Origin: Ginglymostoma cirratum
Lineage: Eukaryota
Reading direction: 5' to 3'
NCBI GenBank assembly: GCA_024137785.1
Contig: JAHRHZ010000029.1
Location: 21,294,262 to 21,358,261 of the forward strand
DNA length: 64,000 nucleotides
Shown: piece by piece, positions 1 through 11,830 of the stretch
Position numbering within the stretch: position 1 is the first letter of the stretch
How the letters are laid out: every line of letters begins with the position of its first letter
The notes under the pieces: generated by a model
The model's input: only the letters and a program-made list of their open reading frames with translations
Told to the model about the DNA's origin: nothing
Database searches by the model: none
Position numbers and translations under genes: made by a program

Positions 1-380
1 TCTGGAAAGAAAATAACAGCAGACACAGCTCAATCAACAATGTTATACCTGTGAAACATAGACTTGTATGGACCAATATTATTAATGGATGTGGACAGGA
101 AGAGGATGAATAGAACAGGGATTTAATTGAATAGACTTGGCATGGGGGGAGGGTTAAATGAACTGCAACTTCTCCTATATTTTCCCTGAAGTTTCAAAGC
201 TGAGGATCTAGAAAAAGGCTTTAAATTGATGAAAGGGTTTAAAAGGCTAGATCCTGTCCTGTCCTTGGAGAATTATGATCAAGGACTTGAACAAATATTA
301 ACACTGGAGATGGCTGCTTTGGCTGAAATGATTTCACACAAAAGGAATGGATGCTGAATGAGTTCAATGCTTCAAAATCT

Positions 381-719
381 AGAATCATAGAATCCCTACA
401 GTGTGGAAACAGGCTATTCAGCCCAACAACTCACACTGCCCCTCCGAAGAGCATCCCACCCAGACCCATTCCCCTTTCTTTCCCATGTTTAACCCACCTA
501 ACCTAAACATCCCTGGGCACTACGGGCGATTTAGCACAGCCAATCCACCTACACTGTACATCTTTGGATTGTGGGAGGAAACCAGAGCACCCACAGTAAA
601 CTCATGCAGACACAGGGAGAATGTGCAAACTCCACACAGACAATCGCCCAAGGGTGGAATTGAATCTGGGTCCCTGGCACTGTGAGGTAGCAGTGCTAAC
701 CACTGATCCACCATGCTGC
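381..719 (-). mobile_element. HE1-type V-SINE (tRNA-derived, elasmobranch)
   Basis: Minus strand shows a tRNA-like head (TGGTGGATCAGTGGTTAGCACT...GATTCAATTCC), the V-domain TCTGTGTGGAGTTTGCACATTCTCCC...TTTCCTCCCACAATCCAAAGA and a CR1/HER1-type tail ending CTATGATTCT. Inserted into an older CR1 remnant (~210-880). Confidence 0.85.
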
Positions 720-1442
720 ACAATGAGGCAGTTTCTGGGGATCAGGGAATATAGGGGACTGGTGAGAAAATAGAACAAATATTAGCCATGATTTATAGAG
801 GAAAGGTGGGAAAATAGAGCAGATATTTGCCACGATTTCATCAAATCACCTTGAGGGGTGGGCCGACTTGTATTCTTAGTCGAAGCCCCTCAGATTGACA
901 GATACAACTATTACCCGGGCGCAATTAAACTCTTCATGGAAAACATTAATGACTCTCCCTTCCTTCCTTCCTAGCTGGGGTAACTGCTTTTCTCTGTCAA
1001 TATTATCTGATGGTCTATAGGTTACCCAACAGGTTCTGTGTCAGGATTTTAGAGTAATCGGGGGAAGGACAATAACAGATTAAGCAAGTAATTTAGGTAA
1101 TTCTCTCTTTAAGAAGCAATCTTTGTGAATGGAGCCCCAGGGTTTTACCAGTCAACAACAGAGAACTGCTGTTGGTGTAATGACTGAAATCGATATGGGA
1201 ACAGCCTGGGGAAGCGTGTTTTTAATCCATATCCTTGAGCACCATTCTACAAGAACATTCGAAACCAGTTCGTGGGAATGTAGAAATGTGAACAACCAAG
1301 TGAACGATTTTGATTTCCATCAGTTCCTTTTACAGCATCCTTCCCACTCAGAGATCTCAAGGACGTATGATCACAGCGTAAAGGAGAGACCCTGGGTTTG
1401 GGATACCCACGGATTAGAGTCGAGAGTATCAGGTTGCTGTGA

Positions 1443-1561
1443 TAACACAGTGTGGAGCTGGAGGAACACAGCAGGCCAGGCAGCATCGGCGGAGCGGGAA
1501 AGTTGACGTTTCGGTTCGGGACCCTTCTTCAGATTCCAGCATTGGTAGTTCTTACTATCTC
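1443..1561. mobile_element. Short Penelope-like terminal-repeat insertion with internal inversion and hammerhead core
   Basis: 1443-1533 is a minus-strand copy (CTGAAGA-AGGGTCCCGAACC-GAAACGTC); 1534-1561 is the element 3' end on the plus strand. Flanked by the 14-bp direct repeat TCAGGTTGCTGTGA (1429-1442, 1562-1575). Confidence 0.75.
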
Positions 1562-2953
1562 TCAGGTTGCTGTGAGCTTTCCTGGGATAACTGGGGTGTG
1601 GTGTGACCTCTTGGACGTGTCCGAACCTGGGGGACAATGCAGCGTGTGTGGGGTGATGTATGATCCTTACACGTGGGCGGCTGTTCATTGAAAATTATTT
1701 CCAAATCATGCTACTCATGTATGGTTCTAAGCGTTGTGATACACATCCTGTGGTTGAACTTGAAAGCAGGAATCCTGGCCCCGAGCTAGGGACATCACCA
1801 TTACGCCACCTTATAAAGCCTCCTATTCATTTGCATCCTCACATGTTTTCATCATCCCTGAACTTATTGCCTGAAAACCCCTCTCACTCCCTCGTGTGGC
1901 TCTAGTTTTCACCTACTTGGGCTCGGGCGGACCCATCTATTCCTCGGATGTTTACTGCTTAGCTCCGTCGGGTGGAAGGTGGGGAGGAGTGGTGGTTATG
2001 GAGGGGGCGGGGGCTGGGGGGAATGGTGGTTGCAAGGCAACTTTCTTGAACTTTTCATCCAGTTCCCAGTGGCCGTCAGAGACACATCTGACAGTCGCCT
2101 CCCCCGCCTGGAAGGGCCGAGGAATCGATTCTCCCTCAGCGCAACCTGCAGTAACGACTGATGGATGACCCAACTTGTCGAAGCAACTAAATTACACCAC
2201 CCCGTGCTCTGTCGCGTCCTAGAGGGACGCAATTTCCAATTACATGCCACCGTTGCAAAGCAATTTTGTTTTATTTTTCCAGCTTGTTATGTGGTACTGT
2301 CCAGTCTCGTTCAAAACGTGTTGGATTCAGGCTATAAATCAAATGAAAGCCACGGTTCCAATTCCGTTTGCTCCCATCATAAACCGTGATCTCAGTATAA
2401 CTGCGATGCAGAGATATCACGTCTCAGCCTTCGAGATATACTGCTTTATAACAAGGGCCATTCCGGGTTCAAAGATTTTACACAGCGCAGAAACAAATCG
2501 CATTCCGTGCTTAGACCATAATTACGCCTCACCGTTCTTCAAATTATGCCCAGAAATTATTGCCGTTTCTAATAAGGGTCTGCGGGCGTCTGCCCCACAG
2601 CCCCAATCATTTTCTGTCCCAGATTCCTCAGAATTGACCCTTGTTTTGCCATCGCAGTTATACTAAGATCATGGTTTATAATGGGAGCAAATTGGATTAT
2701 AGAAAGAGCGAAGCTTTCGTCTATTTTTGAGTGTTAAAAAAAAACTTAACTGTATTTGATCAGTAATTATCTAAAAATGGGTGGGCTTGAACCTGTTCTT
2801 GTAAGAGGCAAGTTGAACAAAATAGAGGCATTGACGGTGATCTCCGTAGACATCGTTTCGCGTCTGCGATTATTCCTATCCAAGCATTCCCCGAGCCGGA
2901 CAAGAAACTGGTTCAGCTCCTGCGCTCCCCCAGCCTGACCATACCCTTGACTT

Positions 2954-2967
2954 CCACTAGATGGTGC
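2954..2967 (+). promoter_or_regulatory. CTCF motif candidate
   Basis: CCACTAGATGGTGC, one mismatch to the CCASYAGRKGGCRS core. Confidence 0.55.
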
Positions 2968-4289
2968 TATTTAGCAATCCATGGAGCTGAAGGAACAGTC
3001 GGGACAAAAGACATCTTTTATTCACGTTAGAAAACGTGACAGGATTTGTGCTGTTTGTGGGTGATTTTGTGCTGACTGCTTCCTCTGCTAAAATATGCAA
3101 GATCGGCGCTGGTTATGTTGGCACGCATCGTACCCCCGTTCCGAATTTTGGAAGGTCACGAACCCAATAAGAGCCAATGATATGTTTATTAAACCGTTGA
3201 TTTCCAGTTTAAGTATTTAGATTATATGCGAATCTTAGAAAGACAATGACACCTGGCACAATATCATTTATTTTAAAGGCAGGTAACAAAACGCAAGGAC
3301 TAGAATGAAAGGAAGCGAGTTGTTTTTCTGAAAGTCCCGAATGTTTAAACCCGGGGATAAGGAAAAACTATTTCGATAAATACACCAGTGAAAAAATAAT
3401 GCACCTTGTATTTGACAGTATGTTGCATCTATTTGGGGAGCGATATTATTTTCGGGAAGATCCGGAGTTAAAGACTCTTTCTTCCTGCCCAGTCGTCCTC
3501 CCAGGTGATCAGATAGAAAGCTCAGATTGGCAGATTTTTTTAAAAAATACCTGTTTCCATTTTGTAATTCAGCAGAAGTTTTCCTGTGCAAAGTGAAGCC
3601 GTGGTTAAAACCCTTGACTCAAACCGCACATGCATCTTTCGTGGCAACATTCAGCAGTTGGTGAGACAGCTCGGTTTGTTGACTAGCTGGTCGTTGTCAT
3701 TTTGAAGCGCACCGCCGCTTTTAATCATTGACACCGAAGAAGTACTTGGAAATACATTTCGCACATAAAAGAAGATTATCTTTGACTCCCAAAAAACACG
3801 TTTTTTTCGTTGGGTTTCCCGCAATTTGAGCTGTTGCCACCAACACCTTGGCTTCTTTATAAAACAAATTATTTTCATTTAGGACTGCAAACACTTGGAT
3901 ATTTAAAATATGTCAGTCTGTGAATGTAATGTACATAAATATTTGAATCGACAATATTTATTCATGTATCTTAAAACTAGTTTCATGTTAAATTTAAAGT
4001 GGTGCATGTAATAAGAGTTACAATAGTTAAAATCATTTATGCCTAGTTTGCTTGTACAGAATTTTAAACTTAAGGAAAACACTCAGTCTGCGAGCCTGTG
4101 TTATTTTACTTTGTATATCTTTATATTCTCAAGATTTTTTTTAATGTTTGTCCTGCCAGAAAATTCTCAGACATTCATTCCGCCTCTCGCAGCTAATCAG
4201 TTCACTCTTGGTCTGCTGCACAGAGATCTGTCAGTCTCTTCGCCATTTCCAGATTTCTCTCAGATGACTGAAATGTAAATTTGTAAAGC

Positions 4290-4460
4290 TCCTTCTTAAA
4301 CAAACCTGACATTGTTTCCCAAACCGGGAGAAACGCGGGGATTTCCGTCAAACGCCATTTGAGTTTACAAATTAACAAGAAATTCTGGGCTGGCTTTGCA
4401 GGACATTCAGCCAATGGCTCAGTTATGTCCCTGTTGCTATTAAAAATAGTATTTAAATCC
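4290..4460 (+). promoter_or_regulatory. Promoter/enhancer-like module upstream of FOXC1
   Basis: FOX-type TAAACAAA (~4297), kappaB GGGGATTTCC (4337-4346), AGCCAATGG NF-Y box (CCAAT 4411-4415), MEF2 TTAAAAATAG (4440-4449), TATA-like TATTTAAA (4450-4457). Confidence 0.45.
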
Positions 4461-5485
4461 CCCAGAGCAAAGAGCGCAACTTTTATGTTTATTATTTATT
4501 CGTTTATGATCAGTTTGAATATATTTCACCTTTTAGGCTGGGGAAAATGAGTTGAAAAGTAATTTCTGAGACGGTGTAACCAAGAATCGAACCAGTTTGT
4601 GGTACTGAGTGTAATCAGTCTCCTGCCTTTGTAAGGTTTCTGATGCAAAAAATATACGAAGGGACTCTTTATCACACGTTGGGATAACCAGGAACATACA
4701 ACATGATTCTTCCGTAGGGGACATAACACCTTCAAAAAGTATTGCGATCCTCCTTTTGTTCACTTCTGTGAATATTTCAAAATATTGCATTTACAAAACA
4801 TCAGATCTTGCTTTTCGCATGATGCCGTTTAATATTGAACTTAATATTCGCGTTAAACTTCATATCGTTACTATTCATTGTAATTCTTTGTGTAAAGCAC
4901 TTTGAACATATTTGTTTTGGAACAAAAAACACCATATTCAGCAAAAGGGATAACTGCGATTGTACTGTCATCGTTGACGGTGACAACTCATCGCAGATCC
5001 TGTAAACCGTATGATCTGTCCGATGACTCTTGCAAACGGAATGGAACTTAACGAATGTAAATGAACGTTAGCTCTTAATCTCGATGGTTTTGACAGATAA
5101 TGTTGGATAAAATGCCATTACAATTTAATCTGAATGCAATTAAACAAAGTTAACTTGTGGGTTTGAATAGGGTCATTATACAAAAAGTTCAGTGAGTACA
5201 TCATTGTTTTACAAAATGTTCTTGCTCCTGTTGCATCCGCACTTAAATTATCATTTTGACGAATGACATTTTGCATTTTGTGCTAAATCGGACAAGTAGT
5301 ATTTCATAATTTGTATGCAACAACGTAATAACATTCCACTCTCAATACGGTCGTGGTGTACGAAAATTAAAACTTCGGACCTTTTTTTTTAAATGACTGT
5401 GTGATCTTGGGCTGCGGCTCAATGCGAACTGGTGCTGAACTGACGAATTGGAAAGGTGTTTGTTTCCTGACAGAGGCGGCCGAGT

Positions 5486-5499
5486 CCTGCAGGGGGCGC
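5486..5499 (+). promoter_or_regulatory. CTCF motif candidate
   Basis: CCTGCAGGGGGCGC, one mismatch to the core consensus, in a CpG-rich patch. Confidence 0.55.
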
Positions 5500-8169
5500 G
5501 TCGGGTACATGTTGCAGTTCAGTCTGATCATTTTTTCTCTCTTTCACCCTCACATCCAGGTGTCCTTCATGTCTTCACAGACAGAGCGCTCGTGTACTTC
5601 TTCCAAGGTGATACCTTGTGAATGTTGCTCCAGTCCAATGCTGTGAATGGTTCCGCTTCTGTGAATCGCCGTAAAGGGCAATCATTTTCCATATATAAAG
5701 TAATAAATTTAAAACGACGACTGCGCGGGTTAAAGGAAACGTGTCGGCGTTTCTGAAGAGCCCCAGATATAAAAGATCGTTAAGTGTTACGTTATATTTC
5801 TCAATCGTAATTAAACTATCATGGCAGTTGGCATTTTATAGGACTGATTATATTTGAGTCACCTCACACAAAGTAGATTTTTAGTTGCAGTTAAGACTTT
5901 CTTTGTTCCTTCTATTTTTGCTTCCAAAATGACTTGCGTAAAGTACTGCACAGATGCATTACATTGAAATACTGTATCTGTGTGCCCAGTGCACTTCTAA
6001 TTAACGTGATCTTTCACAGGTCAACTTTTTCTTTCCTGGAGTTTGGACTGACGTTTATTTTTACAGTATTGGATCAACTCTGATTTGCATGCCTAACGCA
6101 CATCGAAATGTAGTTCACACAACCAAAGAGGGCAGGCTGAGATTTTATCAGGTTCTGAGATGTGGGAACAAAGAAACTCAGCTTAGCCTGAGTCAATAAA
6201 TCGGACCATCCACGAGCCTATATTTCACACAGCGAACATTTCTACATAAATGCATGCAATTATGGAGGTGTAAAGTGTCCTGAAGCATCATTATACTCGA
6301 GTCTGCGTGCGCTCATGTTTTCTAAAATATGGCGAATTTAGCTTTCTTTCATTATTTGACAGATGTGCTGAGTGATGCAAATCAAAATGAGTCTGAATTG
6401 TGCAAATACATATAAATGAAAGCGCAGCTTTAATTTAGTAAATGCTGATCGTAAATTATTGCCCAGACAGATTGTACATCGACGATAAACTCTTTCTATT
6501 TAAATGAAATAATGTGCTCCATACCTCGTTGTTATAGTCTTTATTGATGACTAATGTAGAAGGGGTGGTCTGCATAGCCTTCCCCGGTCTGTGACCCTCC
6601 GAATAAACAATCATTAAAAATATAAAGAATGTGGAATTTTCCCATCCAGTGGCTGTTGTTTAAAGCAGCAACAAATCACTGCCAGCTGCCCTCAGTCAAA
6701 CAGTAGGAGAGTTTCAATATTTTCCTGTGTATTTTTACAGAAACTTTACAGCAAATGTTCTGAACGAGAATTGCGTGTGACATTAGAGGGAACTCGGCAG
6801 AGATACAGCAAGAATTGGAGCACCTTCGGCGGTTTCCGATACCATCATTTTCCATTAACATGGACTAAATTTGGATTATCGCTCGAACCTCCCGCGTTTA
6901 ATCTTCAGGAAGAAAGTTTTACACTTTCTAAAAAAAAACCCAAGCCGTTCGAAGGATATTTAAGTCATGTTAGCAAAAGATCCCGCGCTCTGTTTGATTT
7001 CTGTATCGGTTAAATAAAATTTTCACGAGATTAAACTGTTTGCCCTATTAAATTTAAATTGTCACGAAGTGCCAAACTCGTGTCTTGTTTAGACGTCCCC
7101 GGTAGACCGTGTCAAATACAAATAAAGCGTCGGGGATAACAAAACATAGCAGGAATTTGAAATCCTTACTTTCACTTGCGATTTTACTATCAGACACTAC
7201 CTGATGTTGTCTGACCACACGGGAAGCTCAAAGTGCAGCCGATTCATTTAAATGCAATTGGCCCTTGTAATATTGGATCTCAATACTCCTTAAGACTGAT
7301 GAAAAAATGCTGTCAGTTTTACAATATTACAATACTAGTCAACAATGATAAAATACTATAAGCTCTTCAGGAAAATCTAAATTAATATTATCTAATATTA
7401 TCCTCAACATCATTCGGGGATGCATCAAGTGGATAGTTTTTTTAAATATTCAGTTCTTTTAAACGTGGCATTTTCTTTAACTTAGGCGATATAAATATCA
7501 AATTAGCAAATTAATACATTTGTTTTTTTAAAAAAAGCAAAGGGAAGTGATGGCGGTCCGTCCAAAGTGTGATTTTTTTTCTCTCTTGATTTAGGGAGAG
7601 AGAGAATTGTGAAGCAAATCTATCGCTGTACAAATAGCCTGAGGTGGAACAAAGTTCATGTGGGGGTCTTTATATGTAGAAGAGAATGACCCGAGGAATA
7701 TGTTAGGTCCACCTGCAGTGTCCCGGAAGACATACAATGAATCGTATTGTACCCACGCGCAGATTCACTTCGAAAGCAAAAACCACACTCAAACCAAGGG
7801 CGAAATTAAAACCATTCCAGGCAAAACGATTACAGACTATATCCATTTTCACCCATAGTACTCGAGTGCTCACTGGACCAATGATGCCTCAATAGTTGTC
7901 TCTACGTTTATTTCATTGTCTATTTTACTTTAATTAGCCAGGCTTGCAATTATTAAAGGGATTGTATTGCGTGTGTGTGTGTGTGCACGCGGGCGCGCTC
8001 ATGTGCTTTAAGCTAGAAAAGATTCGTTATTTTCATGCGGTCATTTTTCCAGCATTGTCTGCATAAGGTCAGTTGCAGACACTGTTCCGATGATTTGTCA
8101 ACATTTTCTGCGGATGAGTTAAGGTTTGCAATGGAATGATTACAGAACTACTGCCCACGCATCACTGCT

Positions 8170-8525
8170 ATTGATAACGAATCGGTTGCAAGCGTGGGTG
8201 TATCTCAGGAGCAGGTATTAATCGATTACAAGTGTGAAGGTGCCTCAGCGCTCAGTTATTAATTGATTACAACTGTGGAGTTGTCTCAGGGGCCGGGTAT
8301 TAATCGACACCAAGCGTAGGTTATCTCAGAAAGCAGTAATTAATCGATTAAAAATGTGGGGGTGCCTCAGTGCTCAGGTATTAATCGGCTGTAAGCGTCG
8401 GGCTGTCTCAATGTCGAGGTACTAATCAATTATATGTGTTGGGGCATGTCAACACCCAGTAATTAATCGATTATAAGTGTTTCAGCACCTACCTAATCGA
8501 GTATACATGTCGATGTATCTCAGGA
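8170..8525. repeat. Degenerate ~41-bp minisatellite (9 units) with TAATCGATTA cores
   Basis: Cores start at 8179, 8219, 8260, 8301, 8341, 8382, 8423, 8464 and 8494 (spacing 40-41, last 30). Approximate unit: GGTATTAATCGATTACAAGTGTGGGNTGTCTCAG-N7. Confidence 0.9.
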
Positions 8526-9719
8526 CGCAATGACTGTCGATGCTAATTATAAAATATAAGGACAATTGGCCTGTATAATTATTGAAATTGTATCCATATA
8601 TTGACGGTTCATAATGAACATCTTAAAAGCCACCTTGCCTTGGATTTTGAATGATTCAGCAAGAGACTGTGTTATTAATTTTATAAATAATACTGGGCTG
8701 TTTGATAAAGTGAAGTCTCATTAGAATTATGTTTGAAAGACAACAGGCCAGTTTCCACATTGATCTATTTACACGCACCAATCTTGTGAAGAAGTCAGCC
8801 TGCGGCTTCTGGGGAACATGGAAAAGACCATGGCTTTATAATACCGACATTGTCTAAAATTAAAATCTGAACCAATTCAAAGATTAAAACAAAGAACAGC
8901 ATCTGGGATTTCTTGATCGTTCTTTAACGAAAGTGGGCACGGACACTTTGCAGGTTCGGAGTCAAGCATCACAGATTCTGGGAGTCATACTGGGCCCTCG
9001 GTGCCTCTGTCACAATCCTGTGTAGCCCCAAAACGGGACGAACAAATACCCTTCACACATCTCCAAATGGACTGGCACCTCAGAAGAGTTAGGAAAGGCA
9101 TTGAGTTAAGGGGAAGCCACCAAACACATTTAACGCACTGTCTAGCTGTTTGAATGGGATCTCAACAATTTGTCTGTGTTTTAATTGAAGAAAATGTTAC
9201 GGCATAAATTGTTCCTACTCAGCATGTGAAAAGGGAGCTGATCTCACACTACTTTTGACTGATTCGCCTCCCATTTCTATATTCTCTCGCGCGGTTGCTG
9301 CCGTGTAAAAAAATCGGTAATACATATAAGCATCACTCTTTAGAGAGTAGGAACAGGTTCCACACTTCCAGCTAAATCCTCCCACATTGCGAGGTACACA
9401 AGCCAGTGGTGCGTTAACCTTTAGCAGCGAGCTTTTACCCGCTCTCTCCCTAAAAAATTAAAATTCACTTATTCTTTAAATGGGAATAGCTTCGAACTAT
9501 TCAATCGACATTACTTCCTAAAGATAAAAATATATTATTGATTTTGTCTTTTTAAAAATGAAATCTCCCTGTGTCCTACACGTATAATATTGCCTGAATT
9601 CAGAACATTTTATTCCAAAGGTATTTCATGTTTATTTAATCTTTGAAAGATGAGGAACGATCATCTTAAAGAACGCAATTTCAGTAGAATGGTAAAAACA
9701 GGAAAGTTTAAAGCAGTGT

Positions 9720-10423
9720 ATTAAAATGAGGGAGGAAAGGGGTTTGAACATGTCAAGAAAGTCGGGAGGGGGTGCATTTAGGAGTGGGGGGTTCATTGCC
9801 TATTTAAGTGTTTCTTTGGCATTGGAATGAGGGAGGGAGGAGTGGTGCTAGAAGTGGGCTGGAAAATGGTACGTCACCTAGTTGCTGTGAGTTGTACGTG
9901 GGTGGGCCAGAGTACAGCAAGCAACATGGTGTTTCACCCGGAGACGCAGAGACTTCAATTGGACATTGTCGCTTCGGAGGGAGGGGCTGAGAGCTGAAGG
10001 GGGGAGGTGGGAGAGAGAGAGAGAAACTGCGGGAAAAAAAACGCTGCGTAAAAGTCTTGTCAAGTGACGGATGTCCAAAAAGTTCAGAAGTTTTTTTTTC
10101 TTTCCCAATCCACTCTGCCATCCCGCAGAAAGAAGGACGTTTTGGGGGCAGATGTAAAAAAGGTTGGAGGAACTCTCTGCACAGCGTTGGGAGAAGAAGC
10201 GTGGATTGCTCTCTCTTTCGCTGGTCTTTTCAGTGTGTCGGTATTTCGGCGTTAAGTTTTGAGGGGGGTGGAGGGGTTAAGGGGCTGGTGTCGAACAGCA
10301 CAGGGCCGGGAGACTTCTCCACCCCCCTCCCTGTTGGTTATTGTGTGCAGTTGGGGTGGTTTTATTTCCCCCCCCTCTTTTTTTTGCTTTCTCTGACCGT
10401 CGTTGGCAAGGCGGAAGGCAGCG
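9720..10423 (+). promoter_or_regulatory. FOXC1 promoter / 5' UTR region
   Basis: G-rich tracts, ATTGG/CCAAT boxes (~9821, ~9958, ~10105) and a GA repeat (~10010-10024) immediately upstream of the ATG. The TSS cannot be determined from sequence. Confidence 0.6.
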
Positions 10424-11830
10424 ATGCAAGCTCGTTACTCGGTGTCGAGTCCGAACTCGCTGGGAGTGGTGCCCTATCTGAGCGAGCAGAATTACTACCG
10501 GCCCGGCCCGGGATACACCGGGATGCCTGCTCCGATGGGTATGTACCCGCACGCAGCTCACGAACAGTACGCGGCGGGCATGGCTCGATCATACGGACAC
10601 TACACCCCTCCTCCGCAACCCAAGGACATGGTGAAGCCTCCTTACAGCTACATCGCCCTCATTACCATGGCCATTCAGAATGCGCCGGACAAGAAGATCA
10701 CTCTGAACGGGATCTACCAGTTTATCATGGAGCGCTTCCCCTTTTACAGGGAGAATAAACAGGGTTGGCAAAACAGTATCCGCCACAACCTGTCCCTGAA
10801 CGAGTGCTTCGTCAAGGTGCCCCGTGATGACAAGAAGCCGGGCAAGGGGAGTTACTGGACCCTGGACCCGGACTCTTACAACATGTTCGAGAACGGCAGC
10901 TTCCTGAGGAGGAGGAGGCGCTTCAAGAAGAAAGACGCCGTGCGGGAGAAAGAGGAGAAAGAACGCCAGGGCAAAGAGGCTCCGGGCCGGCAGCAAGCGG
11001 CCGCAGGAGACACTGAGAAACACACCGTGCGGATCCAGGAGATCAAGACGGAGAACGGGGCGCCGTCCCCGCCGCCTCCGCCTCCGCCGCCGAGGCTGGC
11101 CGGTCCCCCTGCCCTCAGCATGGTGCCCAAGACCGAGAGCCCGGAGCCCAGCAGCGGGCACAGTCACAGTAGTAGTAGTAGCCCATCCAACAGGTCCCTG
11201 AGCCTGGATAGCCACGAGCACCAGGCCTTCACGGTGGAGAACATGGTCCCGTCTCTGAGAGGCTCCCCCCACGCCTCCGGTGAACTCAACGCGGCCTCCC
11301 GGACAGGTATCAGCCCCTCGTTACCCCTCAGCTACCCATCGAGCCAAACGTCCATCTACAGCTCCTCCTGCAGCCATAGCCTGAGCTCGGCTACTGCTGG
11401 CACCTACCACTGCAACATGAACCTATACTCCGGGGAGAGAGCCGCGCACATCGCAGCGAGCGGCGTCGACGAGGCTCTACCCGAATATTCAATACCCCCG
11501 AGCAGCAGTAGCACCGCCGCCGCTCCGTCCTTGAGCCACGGTCTGAGCAACGGTCAGGACGGGGCCGGGACCGGGGCAGGTCGACTCGCCTCCTGGTACC
11601 TCAACCAGGCGGGCGATCTGAGCCATCTGACCTGCAGCGCGTACTCCGGACAGCAACAGAACATCCACACGGTCCGGGAAATGTTTGAGGCACAGCGAAT
11701 CGGCCTCGGCAACTCCGCCGTCAGTTCCGCGCACGCCAATGGGAATAGCAGTTGTCAGATGTCGTTTCCCCCAGCCCAGACACTTTATCGCACCTCAGGT
11801 TCGTTTGTCTATGACTGCAGCAAGTACTGA
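10424..11830 (+). CDS. FOXC1: Forkhead box protein C1 (single exon, 468 aa)
   Basis: [20 protein letters not shown]-terminus; forkhead domain [30 protein letters not shown]...[35 protein letters not shown]...RRRRRF (~10634-10924); C-terminus [12 protein letters not shown]...[19 protein letters not shown]1-diagnostic residues ([19 protein letters not shown]) and GMDS synteny. The true start is ATG 10424, not the TTG at 10403. Confidence 0.97.
   Translation: MQARYSVSSPNSLGVVPYLSEQNYYRPGPGYTGMPAPMGMYPHAAHEQYAAGMARSYGHYTPPPQPKDMVKPPYSYIALITMAIQNAPDKKITLNGIYQFIMERFPFYRENKQGWQNSIRHNLSLNECFVKVPRDDKKPGKGSYWTLDPDSYNMFENGSFLRRRRRFKKKDAVREKEEKERQGKEAPGRQQAAAGDTEKHTVRIQEIKTENGAPSPPPPPPPPRLAGPPALSMVPKTESPEPSSGHSHSSSSSPSNRSLSLDSHEHQAFTVENMVPSLRGSPHASGELNAASRTGISPSLPLSYPSSQTSIYSSSCSHSLSSATAGTYHCNMNLYSGERAAHIAASGVDEALPEYSIPPSSSSTAAAPSLSHGLSNGQDGAGTGAGRLASWYLNQAGDLSHLTCSAYSGQQQNIHTVREMFEAQRIGLGNSAVSSAHANGNSSCQMSFPPAQTLYRTSGSFVYDCSKY

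Noticed and set aside
761-839. 34-bp imperfect tandem duplication
   Set aside because: Lies inside a decayed CR1 3' UTR, so it is probably neutral slippage.
8170-8525. CRISPR-like repeat-spacer array
   Set aside because: Vertebrate DNA; the spacers are homologous to each other and there are no cas genes. It is a minisatellite.
10403-10423. N-terminal extension MARRKAA from the TTG start in the ORF track
   Set aside because: The conserved FOXC start is MQARYS at ATG 10424; nothing supports non-AUG initiation.
10589-11272. 227-aa antisense ORF and the 233-aa overlapping ORF 10057-10758
   Set aside because: Shadow frames of a GC-rich CDS with no recognisable domain.
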